63,447 bases of DNA, filler included, from Octopus bimaculoides (GCF_001194135.2; 5 parts of 5 records of this genome joined end to end with filler, not necessarily neighbours in it); one strand, 5' to 3'; positions 46,450 through 59,163 are shown, counted from the whole stretch's first letter. Numbers and translations are program-made. Notes: generated by a model not told the origin, from the letters alone.

Positions 46450-46941
46450 GAAGGTGCATGGCTCAGTGGTTATAGTATCAGGCTCACAATCATGAGATAG
46501 TGAGTTTGATTCCTAGATCGGACTGCTTGTTGTGTTCTTCAGCAAGACACTTGATTTCATGCTGCTTTCGTTCACTCAGCTGTAGAAATGAGTTGCAATG
46601 TTACTTGTGCCAAGCCATGTCACCCTTTGCCTTTCCATTGGATAACATTGGTGGCGTTAAGAGGGGAGGCTGGTATGCATGGACGACTGATGGTCTTCCA
46701 CAAAAAAACATTGCCTGGACTTGTGCCCCAGAGGGTAACTTTCTAGATGCAGTCCTATGGTCATTCATGACCAAGGGGGTCTTCACCCTTTACCCTATGT
46801 ACCTACAATGGCGTAGAGAGGGGAGGCTGGCATGCATGGACGACTGATAGTCTTCCACAAAAAACCTTGCCCGGACTTGTGCCTCGGAGGGGAACTTTCT
46901 TGGTGCAATCCTGTGGTCATTCATGACCAAAGACAGTCTTT
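46450..46941 (+). mobile_element. Family F SINE with duplicated approximately 125-bp 3' segment
   Basis: A-box TGGCTCAGTGG, B-box GAGTTTGATTCC; 46660-46782 repeated at 46817-46941. Confidence 0.82.
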
Positions 46942-46961
46942 ACCCTTCCTTCTACAATTCT

Positions 46962-47995
46962 TTTACTTGTTTCAGTCATTTGACTGCAGCCATGCTGGAG
47001 CACCACCTTTTGTCGAGCAAATCAACCCCAGGACTTATTCTTTGTAAGCCTAGTACTTATTCTATCAGTCTGTTTTGCCGAACTGCTAAATTATGGGGGC
47101 GTAAACACCAGCATCAGTTGTTGAGTGATGGTGGGTGTGGGAGAAACACAGACACACAAATCATCATCATCATCATCGTCGTTTAACGTCCGCTTTCCAT
47201 GCTAGCATGGGTTGGACAATTTGACTGAGGACTGGCGAACCAGATGGCTGCACCAGGCTCCAATCTGATTTGGCAGAGTTTCTACAGCTGGATGCCCTTT
47301 CTAACGCCAACCACTCCGAGAGTGTAGAGGGTGCTGGCGGTACTGGCAACGGCCACACTCAAATGGTGTTTTTTACGTGCCACCTGCACAGGAGCCAGTC
47401 CAGCGGCACTGGCAATGACCTCACTTAAATGTTTTTTCACATGCCACCAGCATATATATATATATATATATATATAATTATGTGTATTTCNNNNNNNNNN
47501 NNNNNNNNNNNNNNNNNNNNNNNNNNNNNNNNNNNNNNNNNNNNNNNNNNNNNNNNNNNNNNNNNNNNNNNNNNNNNNNNNNNNNNNNNNNNNNNNNNNN
47601 NNNNNNNNNNNNNNNNNNNNNNNNNNNNNNNNNNNNNNNNNNNNNNNNNNNNNNNNNNNNNNNNNNNNNNNNNNNNNNNNNNNNNNNNNNNNNNNNNNNN
47701 NNNNNNNNNNNNNNNNNNNNNNNNNNNNNNNNNNNNNNNNNNNNNNNNNNNNNNNNNNNNNNNNNNNNNNNNNNNNNNNNNNNNNNNNNNNNNNNNNNNN
47801 NNNNNNNNNNNNNNNATATATATATATATATATATATATATAACACACACACACACACACCAGGTTTCTCTCAGTTTCTGCCTACCAAATGCACTCAAAA
47901 GGCTTTAGTTGACCTGAGGCTATAGTAGAAGACAGTGGGACTGAACCTGGAACCATGTGGTTGGGAAGCAAGCTTCTTACCACACAACCATGCAC
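46962..47995 (-). mobile_element. Composite SINE split by a family D insertion (B 46962-47160, D 47161-47450, gap, A 47865-47995)
   Basis: Same B-D-A order and orientation as 5504-6230. Confidence 0.82.
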
Positions 47996-48795
47996 AAAAT
48001 ATTTTAACAATTTTTTTTTTATACCATTCCTGACAGTTTTTAATTATAAAAATACAATTGGAATTTTTTATATACATATATATATACATCGAATAAGTGT
48101 GGGGGGTCCAGTAGGGTAAAATGAGAATTGAAGGGGTCCGTAGGTAAAAAGACAGTTGAGAACCACAGCTCTATATAGTGGCTAGACCTGCTAGAAATAG
48201 CAGCCAAGCCATTTCCGCAATCACCTTGTCTCTTACCGCCATACTTCTTCTTTCTCATTCTTCTTCTTTCTCATTCTTCTTCTTCCTGTACAAGATGCAG
48301 GCAATATGTAAGCTCTCTCTCTCTCTCTTTTTCTCTCATTCACACAATCAATCTACAGAAATATATTGATTTCCAAATTCCTCCGCCCACTATTTTTTTT
48401 CTTTCCTCCTCCTCCTATTCTTTTTCTTTCCTCCCTCCTCCTCCTTGTTCTCTTCTTTCCTTCCTCCTCCTCCTCCTTCCCACCTCCCTCCGCTTCCTCC
48501 ATTCAACAGCTGATTCACCTGCTTTGGAAGTCTTTTAATGACTTTGAGAAAGTGAGAGACTCAGTTTGGTCAAGGTCGAATAACAGAACAGTTGTGTGTG
48601 TGTGTGTGTGTGTGTGTGTGTCTGTGTGTTTCTGTCTCTTTGAGTGTTGAATGGACGCCACTGTGAAGTAATAGAATGGAATACAGACATAGCTGAACAC
48701 AGCATTAGAAACGGCAGCAGCCAACTCTACCTCAGATCACAACCATCTTTAAGTATGTGTACATGTATGTATGTACGTATGCATGTATGTATGTA

Positions 48796-48857
48796 CATGG
48801 TTACTTGACCTGCTAGAAATAGCAGCTAAATGTCACTTAATTTACACTGATGTCTTT

Positions 48858-48895
<38 letters not shown>

Positions 48896-48988
48896 CAACT
48901 GTATGAGTCGATGAGGGAGCTCTCTACACGGTAACTAGAGCTGGTAGAAATAGCAGCTAAATGCCATTTAATTTACACTGATGTCTTT

Positions 48989-49057
<69 letters not shown>

Positions 49058-49812
49058 NNNNNNNNNNNNNNNNNNNNNNNNNNNNNNNNNNNNNNNNNNN
49101 NNNNNNNNNNNNNNNNNNNNNNNNNNNNNNNNNNNNNNNNNNNNNNNNNNNNNNNNNNNNNNNNNNNNNNNNNNNNNNNNNNNNNNNNNNNNNNNNNNNN
49201 NNNNNNNNNNNNNNNNNNNNNNNNNNNNNNNNNNNNATTAAGAGGAATGACCACAGCATGTTCTCAGGAAAAAAATTTCTTGAGAACATAGTCTTCGTGG
49301 TTAGGTGATTTGGCATCTATTTCTAGCATATAGGAGTCCACTTTTGGTGGTCATTCCTCTTAATTTTTTATGTAATATAAATTTAATCTTCGGATTTTTT
49401 TAAAATATGCTAGGCCACTGGTTTTAATTGATTAATATCAATTTCTACCCTCATTAATAAATTATATATATATATATATATAAGGGGCTTTCCGTTTTCC
49501 TATGTGTTCGTTCCGTTGTCTGTAGTTCATTGTTCTAACGTCCTGTACCCTGATATGCATATATATACACATGTAGATGTAAGTATGTACATATATGTGT
49601 GTATACATGTATATATATTCTTTGTATTATTATATATATATATATATATATATATACATACATACACACACTATGTATGAATCGAAGAGAGAGATCTCTA
49701 CATGGTAACTAGAGCTGGTAGAAATAGCAGCTAAATGTCACTTAATTTACACTCTGCTGTCTTGTATGTATATATACTATTTATGAGCCAATGAGGGAGA
49801 CCGCTACATAGT
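48796..49812 (-). repeat. Tandem units of family E (TTTGGCTGCTATTTCTAGC core), minus orientation, gap-interrupted
   Basis: At least three GTAGAAATAGCAGCTAAATG.CA.TTAATTTACACT units separated by microsatellites. Confidence 0.8.
49242..49359. mobile_element. Possible TTAA-flanked mini-element (Kolobok-like termini)
   Basis: Perfect 18-bp IR ATTAAGAGGAATGACCAC / GTGGTCATTCCTCTTAAT including TTAA; next to a gap. Confidence 0.5.
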
Positions 49813-49822
49813 ATTATTATTA

Positions 49823-50033
49823 CTTTTTCAGTCATTTGATTGTGGCTATGCTGGAGCACCGCCTTTAGTTGAGCAGTTTGACCCCAGTACTAATTCTTTG
49901 TAAGCCTAGTACTTATTCTATCATCCCCCTTTTGCCAAACCGCTAAGTGACGGAGATGTAAACACACTAGCATCGGTTGTCAAGCGATGCTGGGGGGGGA
50001 CATACACAGACAAACAAACATATGCACACACTC

Positions 50034-50064
<31 letters not shown>

Positions 50065-50225
50065 CAATGAGCTTCTTTCAGTTTCCGTCTACCAAATCCA
50101 CTCACAAGGCTTTGGTTGGCCCGAGGCTATAGTAGAAGACACTTGCCCAAGGTGCCACGCAGTGGGACTGAACCCAGAACCATGTGGTTTGTAAGCAAGC
50201 TTCTTGCCATACAGCCACTCCTGCG

Positions 50226-50228
<3 letters not shown>
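49823..50228 (-). mobile_element. Full-length composite SINE (A+B)
   Basis: Complete match to 13229-13622. Confidence 0.92.
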
Positions 50229-50269
<41 letters not shown>

Positions 50270-51099
50270 AGGCACTTACGTATATGCAAATGTATATAAT
50301 ATATAGACAGATACATATATGTATGTATATACATAAGTATATATGCTACATGCACACAAATGTGTACATTATATATATATATATATAGTTATACACATCT
50401 TACACAAATATGTACGTACACACATACGATCATATATTTTCCCCGTACATACTATATACATACAGGGAACATATACTGAAAGTAGGTCAGGCAGTATAAT
50501 ATAATGAATATACTTTAAATGTAAAAGATTTACATAATAGAAATTCTCAGAATACGGGTGTATATAATAGTAATATAATACTATGGGTATGTGATGGATC
50601 TTATAACAATCCTGTGGGGCATGTAAGACGCATACAAGCACACGCACACACATAGAGAGAGATTGTATCATATTTATATATATAAAATAAAGAAGTGAAT
50701 TGAACCTGTGCATATGTTATTGGTGTAATGACCCCTCAAGACACAACAAAATATATGTATATGTGTGTGTATAATGTTTATTACATTAGCGCTGTTTCTA
50801 CTTCATATTTGAATTTATTCTTACGAATGCCTTGTACAGGCATACCAGCACATAGTTTTCTCATCATATGCATATGTCGTGGACTGGTGGAACCAGCCAC
50901 CTCCAATCCATTTCGGGTAAATGATGTTAATAAGCCACAAAAATGGTGAAAACGTTGATGTCCATCACTCCTGGATGGGATTTGGGGTGAGTTGTCTTAC
51001 CTTTCTATGACTTACAGGTGTTTTAACACCTGGTGCTTTGAAAGAGTAACCTCCACCATGCCAAACTGCAACCGACAAGCAAATACACAAAGCATGTAG

Positions 51100-51225
51100 T
51101 GTAGAGGGTACTTTTTACGTGCCACTGGGGGCTGGCATCAACCACGTTTGGATGGTGCTTTTACGTGCCACTGGCACGGGAGCTAGTCAAGGTGGCACTG
51201 GCATCGGCCATGTTCAAACGGTGCT
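51100..51225 (-). mobile_element. Family D internal subrepeat fragment
   Basis: GGTGCTTTTACGTGCCACTGGCACGGGAGC units. Confidence 0.7.
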
Positions 51226-51237
51226 TGTGTATGTATG

Positions 51238-51290
<53 letters not shown>

Positions 51291-51389
51291 TCATCANNNN
51301 NNNNNNNNNNNNNNNNNNNNNNNNNNNNNNNNNNNNNNNNNNNNNNNNNNNNNNNNNNNNNNNNNNNNNNNNNNNNNNNNNNNNNNNNN

Positions 51390-51434
<45 letters not shown>

Positions 51435-51534
51435 TATACGTATATATACGTATATGTAATAAGTTGGAAACAATGTTCTTCTGTGTTTCAGTATGGGAAA
51501 CAAACAACTGCTTCTCTGGTCTTAATTGATACAT

Positions 51535-51890
51535 TCAATCAAGATGGTATTTCCTCTCAATATCGATGACATAATCCCATCTACTTGGCAAACTGTTGAT
51601 CCGTCAGGTGTAACGTTCTTCAAGTTTTGCACCAATTAAACACTCAATACCATTATTAATCTCTTCTTCACAATTAACGAACACTTTCCCCCCTCCACTA
51701 ATGATGTTGCAGGGATCTGTAAAAATGATTGAGTGAGGTCAAGGGAGTAACGAGGATGAGGCTAAACTTCCATATTTAACACCATCATTTCTTCCTCAGT
51801 GGTTTCAGCAATAGGTGGTGGTCAGTTATCATGTAAGAGCAGCACCCTTTTATGATTGACCAAGGATCTTTTGTCTTTCTTGTTTACCTT
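51535..51890 (-). mobile_element. Mariner transposase C-terminal relic
   Basis: RSLVNHKRVLLLHDN, EV*PHPRYSLDL, RSLQHH and INSLPSRWDYVID with stops and frameshifts. Confidence 0.8.
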
Positions 51891-51892
51891 TT

Positions 51893-52262
51893 TCTGTCAT
51901 TAGACTGCGACCATTCTGGGGCACCACCACGAAGAGTTCTTAGTCGAATGAATCGGGCCCTGATGCTTTTTTTTTAATATTTTAAGCCTGGTATGTATTC
52001 TCTCGTTCTCTTTTGCTGAACTGCTAAGTTATAAAGATGTAAACAAACCAACACTAGTTGTCAAGCAGTGGCGGGGGACAAACTCGGACACAAAAGACAA
52101 ACACACATGCACATGTGCACGACAAGCTTCATTGAGTTTCCATCTCCCAAATCCACCCACAAGGCTTTGGTCAGAAGACACTTGCTTCAGGTGCCACGCA
52201 GTGGGACTGAACCCAGAACCATGTGGTTGGGAAACAACCCGCTTACCATGCAGTCACTCCTG
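51893..52262 (-). mobile_element. Diverged composite SINE (A+B)
   Basis: B then A modules, colinear with consensus. Confidence 0.82.
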
Positions 52263-52566
52263 TGCTTTTTGTTTACAAAGATCACATGATATATATCAAG
52301 AAGCCCAAACATACTTTCACAGTGGACTGCAAACAATGGACAGCAGGTGAATGAATAATGAGGCCTTTGTTTAAAATCACCAAACACCCAGGAAGATCAA
52401 GAGGGTAATATGAACTCATACAGACACACATACACACAGAGGCACGATTTGTGCAAGTGTCTTCTGCTATAGCCTCAGAACAACCACATCCTTGTGAGTG
52501 GATTTGGTAGACGGAAACTGAAAGAAGCCTGTGGTAAATATATATATATATAAGGTGAAGTATATT

Positions 52567-52609
52567 TGTTGCTTTTAGCCCCAGGAGAACCCTGGGGCTA
52601 AAAGCAACA
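52567..52609. repeat. Perfect 19-bp hairpin with 5-nt loop
   Basis: TGTTGCTTTTAGCCCCAGG-AGAAC-CCTGGGGCTAAAAGCAACA. Confidence 0.9.
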
Positions 52610-52709
52610 GTAACATCCACCCTTAGGGATCAGCCACATTTCAGTGGCAAATATACTTCACCTTGTCGTGCAGTTACTGTTAATAACTCTTTCAGAGATT
52701 TAACGTTGC

Positions 52710-52761
<52 letters not shown>

Positions 52762-53259
52762 NNNNNNNNNNNNNNNNNNNNNNNNNNNNNNNNNNNNNNN
52801 NNNNNNNNNNNNNNNNNNNNNNNNNNNNNNNNNNNNNNNNNNNNNNNNNNNNNNNNNNNNNNNNNNNNNNNNNNNNNNNNNNNNNNNNNNNNNNNNNNNN
52901 NNNNNNNNNNNNNNNNNNNNNNNNNNNNNNNNNNNNNNNNNNNNNNNNNNNNNNNNNNNNNNNNNNNNNNNNNNNNNNNNNNNNNNNNNNNNNNNNNNNN
53001 NNNNNNNNNNNNNNNNNNNNNNNNNNNNNNNNNNNNNNNNNNNNNNNNNNNNNNNNNNNNNNNNNNNNNNNNNNNNNNNNNNNNNNNNNNNNNNNNNNNN
53101 NNNNNNNNNNNNNNNNNNNNNNNNNNNNNNNNNNNNNNNNNNNNNNNNNNNNNNNNNNNNNNNNNNNNNNNNNNNNNNNNNNNNNNNNNNNNNNNNNNNN
53201 NNNNNNNNNNNNNNNNNNNNNNNNNNNNNNNNNNNNNNNNNNNNNNNNNNNNNNNNNNN

Positions 53260-53300
<41 letters not shown>

Positions 53301-53414
53301 CTTTGTCTGCCTGTTTCTGTGGCACTAATAGACAGACAGATGAGAATGGGCAATAATAAAGAATGAATAAATATAATGCTAAACTGAATGAATGCAAAAT
53401 GGAATCTGTTAGAG

Positions 53415-53949
53415 AAATTTGGTTGCTATTTCTAGCAATTGGAATATCCACTTGAATGGTCGGTCTGCATTGTTATTGTTGTTCATGTTGCATTCATGTT
53501 ATTGTTTTTGTTGTTGTTTAGCCCCAGTGTCGGTCTTGATCCAGACTCGTATATCTATATTTAAGTCAGCGGTATGTGACGAAGGGGAGATTTGGCTGCT
53601 ATTTCTACCTGCTGGTGTGCCTACCATTGTAGAGATCTTCCTCATTGGCATACACATTCACAAGACAGTAGGGTGTGATTTGAGGGAGATTTGGTTGCTA
53701 TTTCTGCTCTGGCTCCCATGTTGAAGTCTCCTTTGTTACCTCACACACACACACACACACATGTACATACATTAGACTATAGAATGTGATTTGAGGGAGG
53801 TTTGGCTGCTTTTCCTATCAAGGCTAGATAACTATATTGAGGTTTCTATCTTTGTCTCATACATGCATATATACATACATAAAACAGTAGGGTGTGATTT
53901 GAGGGATTTTTGGCTATTATTTCTACCAGATGTACTTAACTCACTAGCT

Positions 53950-54010
<61 letters not shown>

Positions 54011-54280
54011 CATGCATAAGACAGTGTGGTGTGATTTGAGGGACATTTGGCTGCTATTTCTACTAGGTCTATCTACCATGTAGAGGTCTCCCTCATTGGC
54101 TCATACATATAAATACACATATAAGACAGGAGGGTGGGATTTGTATGATATTTGGCTGTTATTTCCAGGATGTCTAGCTACCATGTAGAGGTTTTACTAA
54201 TTGACTTGTACATAAATACTTACATAAGACAACAATAGGTGATTTGGCTGCTATTTCTATTATCTCTAATTACCAGGTAG
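53415..54280 (+). repeat. Tandem array of about 7 family E units (100-140 bp)
   Basis: Repeated GTGTGATTTGAGGGAGATTTGGCTGCTATTTCT...CATAAGACAG with microsatellite spacers. Confidence 0.88.
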
Positions 54281-54514
54281 ATATATTAATTTTCGTTGGC
54301 TTGGATGGGGGGAGGCTGTCTCTTGCTGTGCACTTAGGCCTTTGCTAGACTGTGAGCTTTTGATTTTTGAAGAATAGATAAGCTCTGAAATGTCTGGTGG
54401 ATGGTCATGTTCGGAATACCTTCGATCAGAGGACTGTTCAATGTTGACTGAACGTGGATTTAAACAATGAGCGTGTATGAGTAGATTTCAACCATCGACA
54501 TCACTCCTGCTAAG

Positions 54515-54531
54515 CAGTAGTTGTAGTAGTG

Positions 54532-54565
<34 letters not shown>

Positions 54566-54763
54566 GAGGAGGAGGGGGGTTCTCCTCCTCCCCACTCCAT
54601 TTCCTTATTGATTCCAACTCCACCTGTGCCGCCGACTTTAGATTCTGCTCAGTTGTTGCGGCACAGCTGTCACATTTGCTGTTATGACATTTAGTCTTTC
54701 ATTGAGGTTTTTGGCCACCAGCGTGTAAGTGGAACCGACAATTACTGTAGCAGCAGTAGAAGT

Positions 54764-54795
<32 letters not shown>

Positions 54796-54810
54796 TAGTA
54801 GCAGTAGTAG
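54515..54810. repeat. (GTA)/(GGT)/(GCA) trinucleotide tracts
   Basis: Seen directly. Confidence 0.85.
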
Positions 54811-56084
54811 TTGCTGTTGTTTGTTGTCAGTGTTTGTTACTGCTTTTCTTCTTGTTGGTGATGGTGGTGAGGATAGTCCTCTGTTGCTGTTTGTTGTTGC
54901 CATTGTTTAACACCCCACCCAGTCCCACCACACAACTCTAAACAGTGAACCTGTGAACTTATGAAACCTCTCCGACCATGACCAACTCACCCATATCTTT
55001 TATTTACTTCTTCTTTCACATTCTGTCTCGCTGTTATACTACATCATCGCAATGTGTCCATCACTTTGTTTCTGGAAAACGCATTCAGGTGTTCTTTGAA
55101 GAAAGATTTCATTTCTATTTCTGCCATATCATTTGACCGCACAGATTTTCCTGCCCCTTTCACCTACTTACTCGTTTCTAGTTTCTCAGGCACTGTAGTT
55201 GTTTGTCTCTGCCCTCTGTCTCATGTCATGTCATATCTTGTTAAAGCTCGCTGTAGCAGGTTGCTGGCTAACGTCTAATGTCAACAGCTCAAATGTCTTT
55301 GGGTAAATAGTGGAATATTGATGGCAGTTCTTCATCTACAGAAGATCAGAAGAAAGAGTAGCAAAGCGTACATGTGGAGTTTAGGCTGCAATTTCCAGTA
55401 CCATCTGGTATCTTCTGTTTTTACATCTCTTCTCCATTGCTGCAGGCCGTTTCTTTCCTGCCTGCGCTAAGTAGTTTTAAAATAAGGGACAGTCCATGCA
55501 GTCCGATCCCACTCTTCTTTCTTCCACTCCTCCCCCTCTTCATCTCTCTTTTTTCCTCTCAAAGCAACCAAATCTTCAAATCACATGTATACATATATAT
55601 ACATGTATGAGCTAATGATGGAGACTTCTACATTAGTGGTTCACATCCAGGGTCCACATGGCCCCTAGGGGTAAGATGACTGCAGTGACCAGCAAGCTGT
55701 AGGTTTTTACATTAGGGCAGTTTTCTCCTTGGTGAATTGCCTTACAGGGCAGCAGAGCTCCACCTATCCAGAAATTGCAGGAAGGGTTCTAAAGGGGGAA
55801 ACAAACTGCCTGAGGGATTCCACTTCTCGATTTTCCCTTCAGGTTGACTCCCCTTGGCTTTTTCCTTTTTCAACGCCCTCACAAGATTGTGAGGGTTTGT
55901 GCTTGGGGTTTCTCCCATAACATGCGAATTAACTCATAGGCTTGGGAACATAGGGTAGAGGTAGAGGTTACCGTCTCAAATCGTGCTGGCACATGAGGAC
56001 TGCTTTCCCAGTGTCTTTTGCGTATAAATTCCCCACCTGGACAAGACGCCAGTCTGTCGCTGAATTATTCACTTTTACCAGCTG

Positions 56085-56245
56085 ATCACTGCAACATAAT
56101 TAGTTGAGGGGAAAATTGTTCGTTAATTGTGAAGAGATTAAAAATGATATCAAGTGTTTACTTGGTGCAAAACTTGAAGAACTTTACACCTGACGGATCA
56201 ACAATTTGCCAAGCAGATGGGATTATGTTATCGATAATGAGAGGA
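56085..56245 (+). mobile_element. Mariner 3' fragment, inverted near-copy of 51540-51715
   Basis: GKLFVNCEEIKNDI...RINNLPSRWDYVIDNERKY. Confidence 0.8.
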
Positions 56246-56254
56246 AATACCACC

Positions 56255-56635
56255 TTGAGTGTGAAATGAAGTGTTTTGCTCAAGAACACAATGTATCACC
56301 CATTCCAAGAATCAAAACCACAATCTTATAATCATGAGTCCAGCACCCTAACCACCGAGCCACGCACCCCCACAAAAATGAAATAAAATTACCTTCTTGA
56401 GTCATGCTGACTCATAAGGACCAGTTTCCTGCTTTCTTTGGTGTATAAAATCCCTACCTGGATGGGACGCCAGTTTGTCACGGGATTACTCATTTTCACT
56501 AGCTGGGTGGAACTGGAGCAATGTGAAATGAAATGTTGTGCTCAAGAATACATTGCGCCATCTGGTCCAGGAATCGAAACCACGATCTTATCATCAGGAG
56601 TCCAACACCCTAACCATTAAGCCACGTGCCTCCAT
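56255..56635 (-). mobile_element. Two tandem family F-type SINE copies
   Basis: Reverse complements carry TGGCT..GTGGTTAGGG, GGTTT(C/T)GATTC and TTCTTGAGCA. Confidence 0.75.
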
Positions 56636-57305
56636 GGGGTGCAGGGGGTGCAAGCACATCCCCTAAAATTTTTGGAGGACAACGAAAATGCATTGGACAT
56701 CCTCCTAAAAAACTTCATTATCGTAACAAATGACCATTGAATTACATTTGACAATAATCTGAATGCAGAAGAATTAAGGCGTGGTATTTATTCCAGTGTT
56801 GTTATAATGGCTATAATAGCCAGCAGACTGTTTGGTAATACAATGGCAAAACTACTGCAAATGTTAAATATTTCTATAAATCATGGCAACTCATAGGTTT
56901 GTGTATTCTTTGCCCTTTTCTGCTTTTTTTTTTTTTTCTTTTTTATCCTTTTATATTGAGCCAGTTCTGGCTGGCTCTAAGTAGAATGGTAATAGTAATC
57001 ACAAAATTTCTTGTGATTAAATTACATCATGGTAAGCAGTAAAGTGTTGCCGACTGGAAGAAAGCTTCCGGTTGTTTCGCTTTGGTTCTAAGTGCTGCTT
57101 CCTATTTGTAACCATTAGGGAGTGGCAGGGAGAAGGGGAAAGGGGCTGGTTTGTGTCATCTGCTGACCTTGGGTCGAGAGAAACAGTACGCGACGATGGC
57201 GTTATGTCAACGAACAAAGGCGGCTGTGGTATGCGTAAAACACATACATACATAAATATATATACATGCACATAAACACATACATATACTTGCATATACA
57301 GATAT

Positions 57306-57700
57306 ACAAGAAGCTTGCTTCTCGACCACCTGGTTCCGGGTTCAGTCCCACTGCATGGCACCTTGGGCAAATGTCTTCTACTATAGCTTCAGGCCGACTG
57401 GAACCTTGTGAGTGGATTTGGTAGATGGAAACTAAAAGAAGCCCGTCATGTGTGTCTTTGTGTCTGTTTGTCGCCCCCCCCCCCCACACACACACACTCC
57501 ACCACCAACATCATATGACAAGTTATACTGATGTGTTTATGTCCCTGTAACTTAGCAGTTTGGCAAAATAGACCAATAGAATAAGTACTTGGTTTATAAA
57601 GAATAAGTTCAGGGGGCAATTTCTTCGACTATAAAACCCTTTAAGGCAGTGCTCCAGCATGGCGGCAGCCAAAATGACTGAGGCAAGTCACTGAAACAAG
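57306..57700 (+). mobile_element. Composite SINE (A+B), sense orientation
   Basis: GGTTCCGGGTTCAGTCCCACTG...GGCAGTGCTCCAGCATGGC...ACTGAAACAAG. Confidence 0.88.
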
Positions 57701-57884
57701 AAAGTAATTAGAGAAATAAAAAATGTTTATAGAAATTGCTGAACAGGTACTTTCAGTTTGGATAAACTATCTCCGAAAGATCACCAAACAATATGCTATG
57801 GTGTCTGGTAATGTATAGAGTGGACTCAGTCTTATGTGTGTTTGTGAGTCACTATGTATGGTGGTGTGTGGATGATGATGATGA

Positions 57885-58170
57885 TGTCAATCATCATCAT
57901 CGTTTAAAATCCACCTTACATGCATGCATGAGTAGGAGGACAGTTGACAGAAGCCAGCCAGGTAGAAAGAAGACTACTCCAGGCTACTGTGGCAGGGTTT
58001 TTTTTTTACGGCAGGATGCTCTTCCCATCACCAACCACTCTGCAGAGTGGCATTAGCACAGGCGAGGTTAGTTCTGACATGATTTTTACAGCTGGATGCC
58101 CTTCCAAATGCCAACCGCTTTACAGTGTGGACTGGATGCTATTTACGTGGCACCAGCACAGGTAGGGGCC
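57885..58170 (-). mobile_element. Family D-like element with duplicated GGATGC..TTCC motif
   Basis: CATCATCATCGTTTAA.. tail and two RTE-like GGATGC motifs. Confidence 0.7.
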
Positions 58171-58469
58171 ACCAAGTAACTCGCAAGGTAAGGATTTTGA
58201 GAAGGGCAGGGGCATTTGAGGAGGGGAACTCATGTCAGGGGATGAAAGGTTAGAGTGTGAAAGAGAGGCAGAAACAGGTGTCTTGCTATAATGGAGAGGG
58301 CATTCGAAGAGGTGATCCGGCATCAGATGATGAAAGGTTAGAATGTGAGAGAGAAATAGGTGTATGGTTGTATATGGTAGCATGTATAGAGCACTATGTG
58401 ATGTGTGTATGACGTGATGGCGTATGGCTGTAGGCACAAGGCCTAAAATTTGGCAGGGAGGAGGCTGCT

Positions 58470-58635
58470 AACTGATTTAATTGACCCCTGTGCTCAACTG
58501 GTACTTATTTCGTTGACCCCACATGGATAAAAGGCAAAGCTGACCTCAGTGGAATTTCAATTCAGAACATAAAGTGGGATGAAATGCCACTTAGCTATTT
58601 TGTACAGCATTTTAACAATTCTGCTACCTCGCTGC
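58470..58635 (-). mobile_element. Family C SINE
   Basis: Reverse-complement match. Confidence 0.75.
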
Positions 58636-58778
58636 TTCAAATGATCACACACACACACACACATTTAATGACATGGTATTCACAACAAAATAGCCAAAAA
58701 AATTATTATTTTGTTTGCTATTTAAATACTAAAGAGACTTCAGAATTGCTGTGTGCGTATGTGTATATATCTATATGT

Positions 58779-59163
58779 GTGGAGACGCAATGGCCCAGTG
58801 GTTAGGGCAGCGGATTCGCAGTCATAAGATCGCGGTTTCGATTCCCAGACCGGGCGTTGTGAGTGTTTATTGAGCGAAAACACCTAAAAGCTCCACAAGG
58901 CTCCGGCAGGGGGTGGTGGTGAACCCTGCTGTACTCTTTCACCACAACTTTCTCTCACTCTTACTTCCTGTTTCTGTTGTGCCTGTAATTCAAAGGGTCA
59001 GCCTTGTCACACTCTGTGTCATGCTAGATATCCCCTGAGAACTATGTGTCTGTGGAGTGCTCAACCACTTGTACGTTAATTTTACGAGCAGGCTGTTCCG
59101 TTGATCGGATCAACTGGAACCCTTGATGTCATAAGCGAGTCGGAGTGCCAACAACAACAACAA
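58779..59163 (+). mobile_element. Full-length tRNA-derived SINE (family G) with (CAA)n tail
   Basis: A-box TGGCCCAGTGG, B-box GGTTTCGATTCCC, about 380-bp body, CAACAACAACAA tail. Confidence 0.88.

Noticed and set aside
55030-55170. Minus-strand peptide MAEIEMKSFFKEHLNAFSRNKVMDTLR
   Set aside because: Short, stops nearby in all frames, no splice or homology support.
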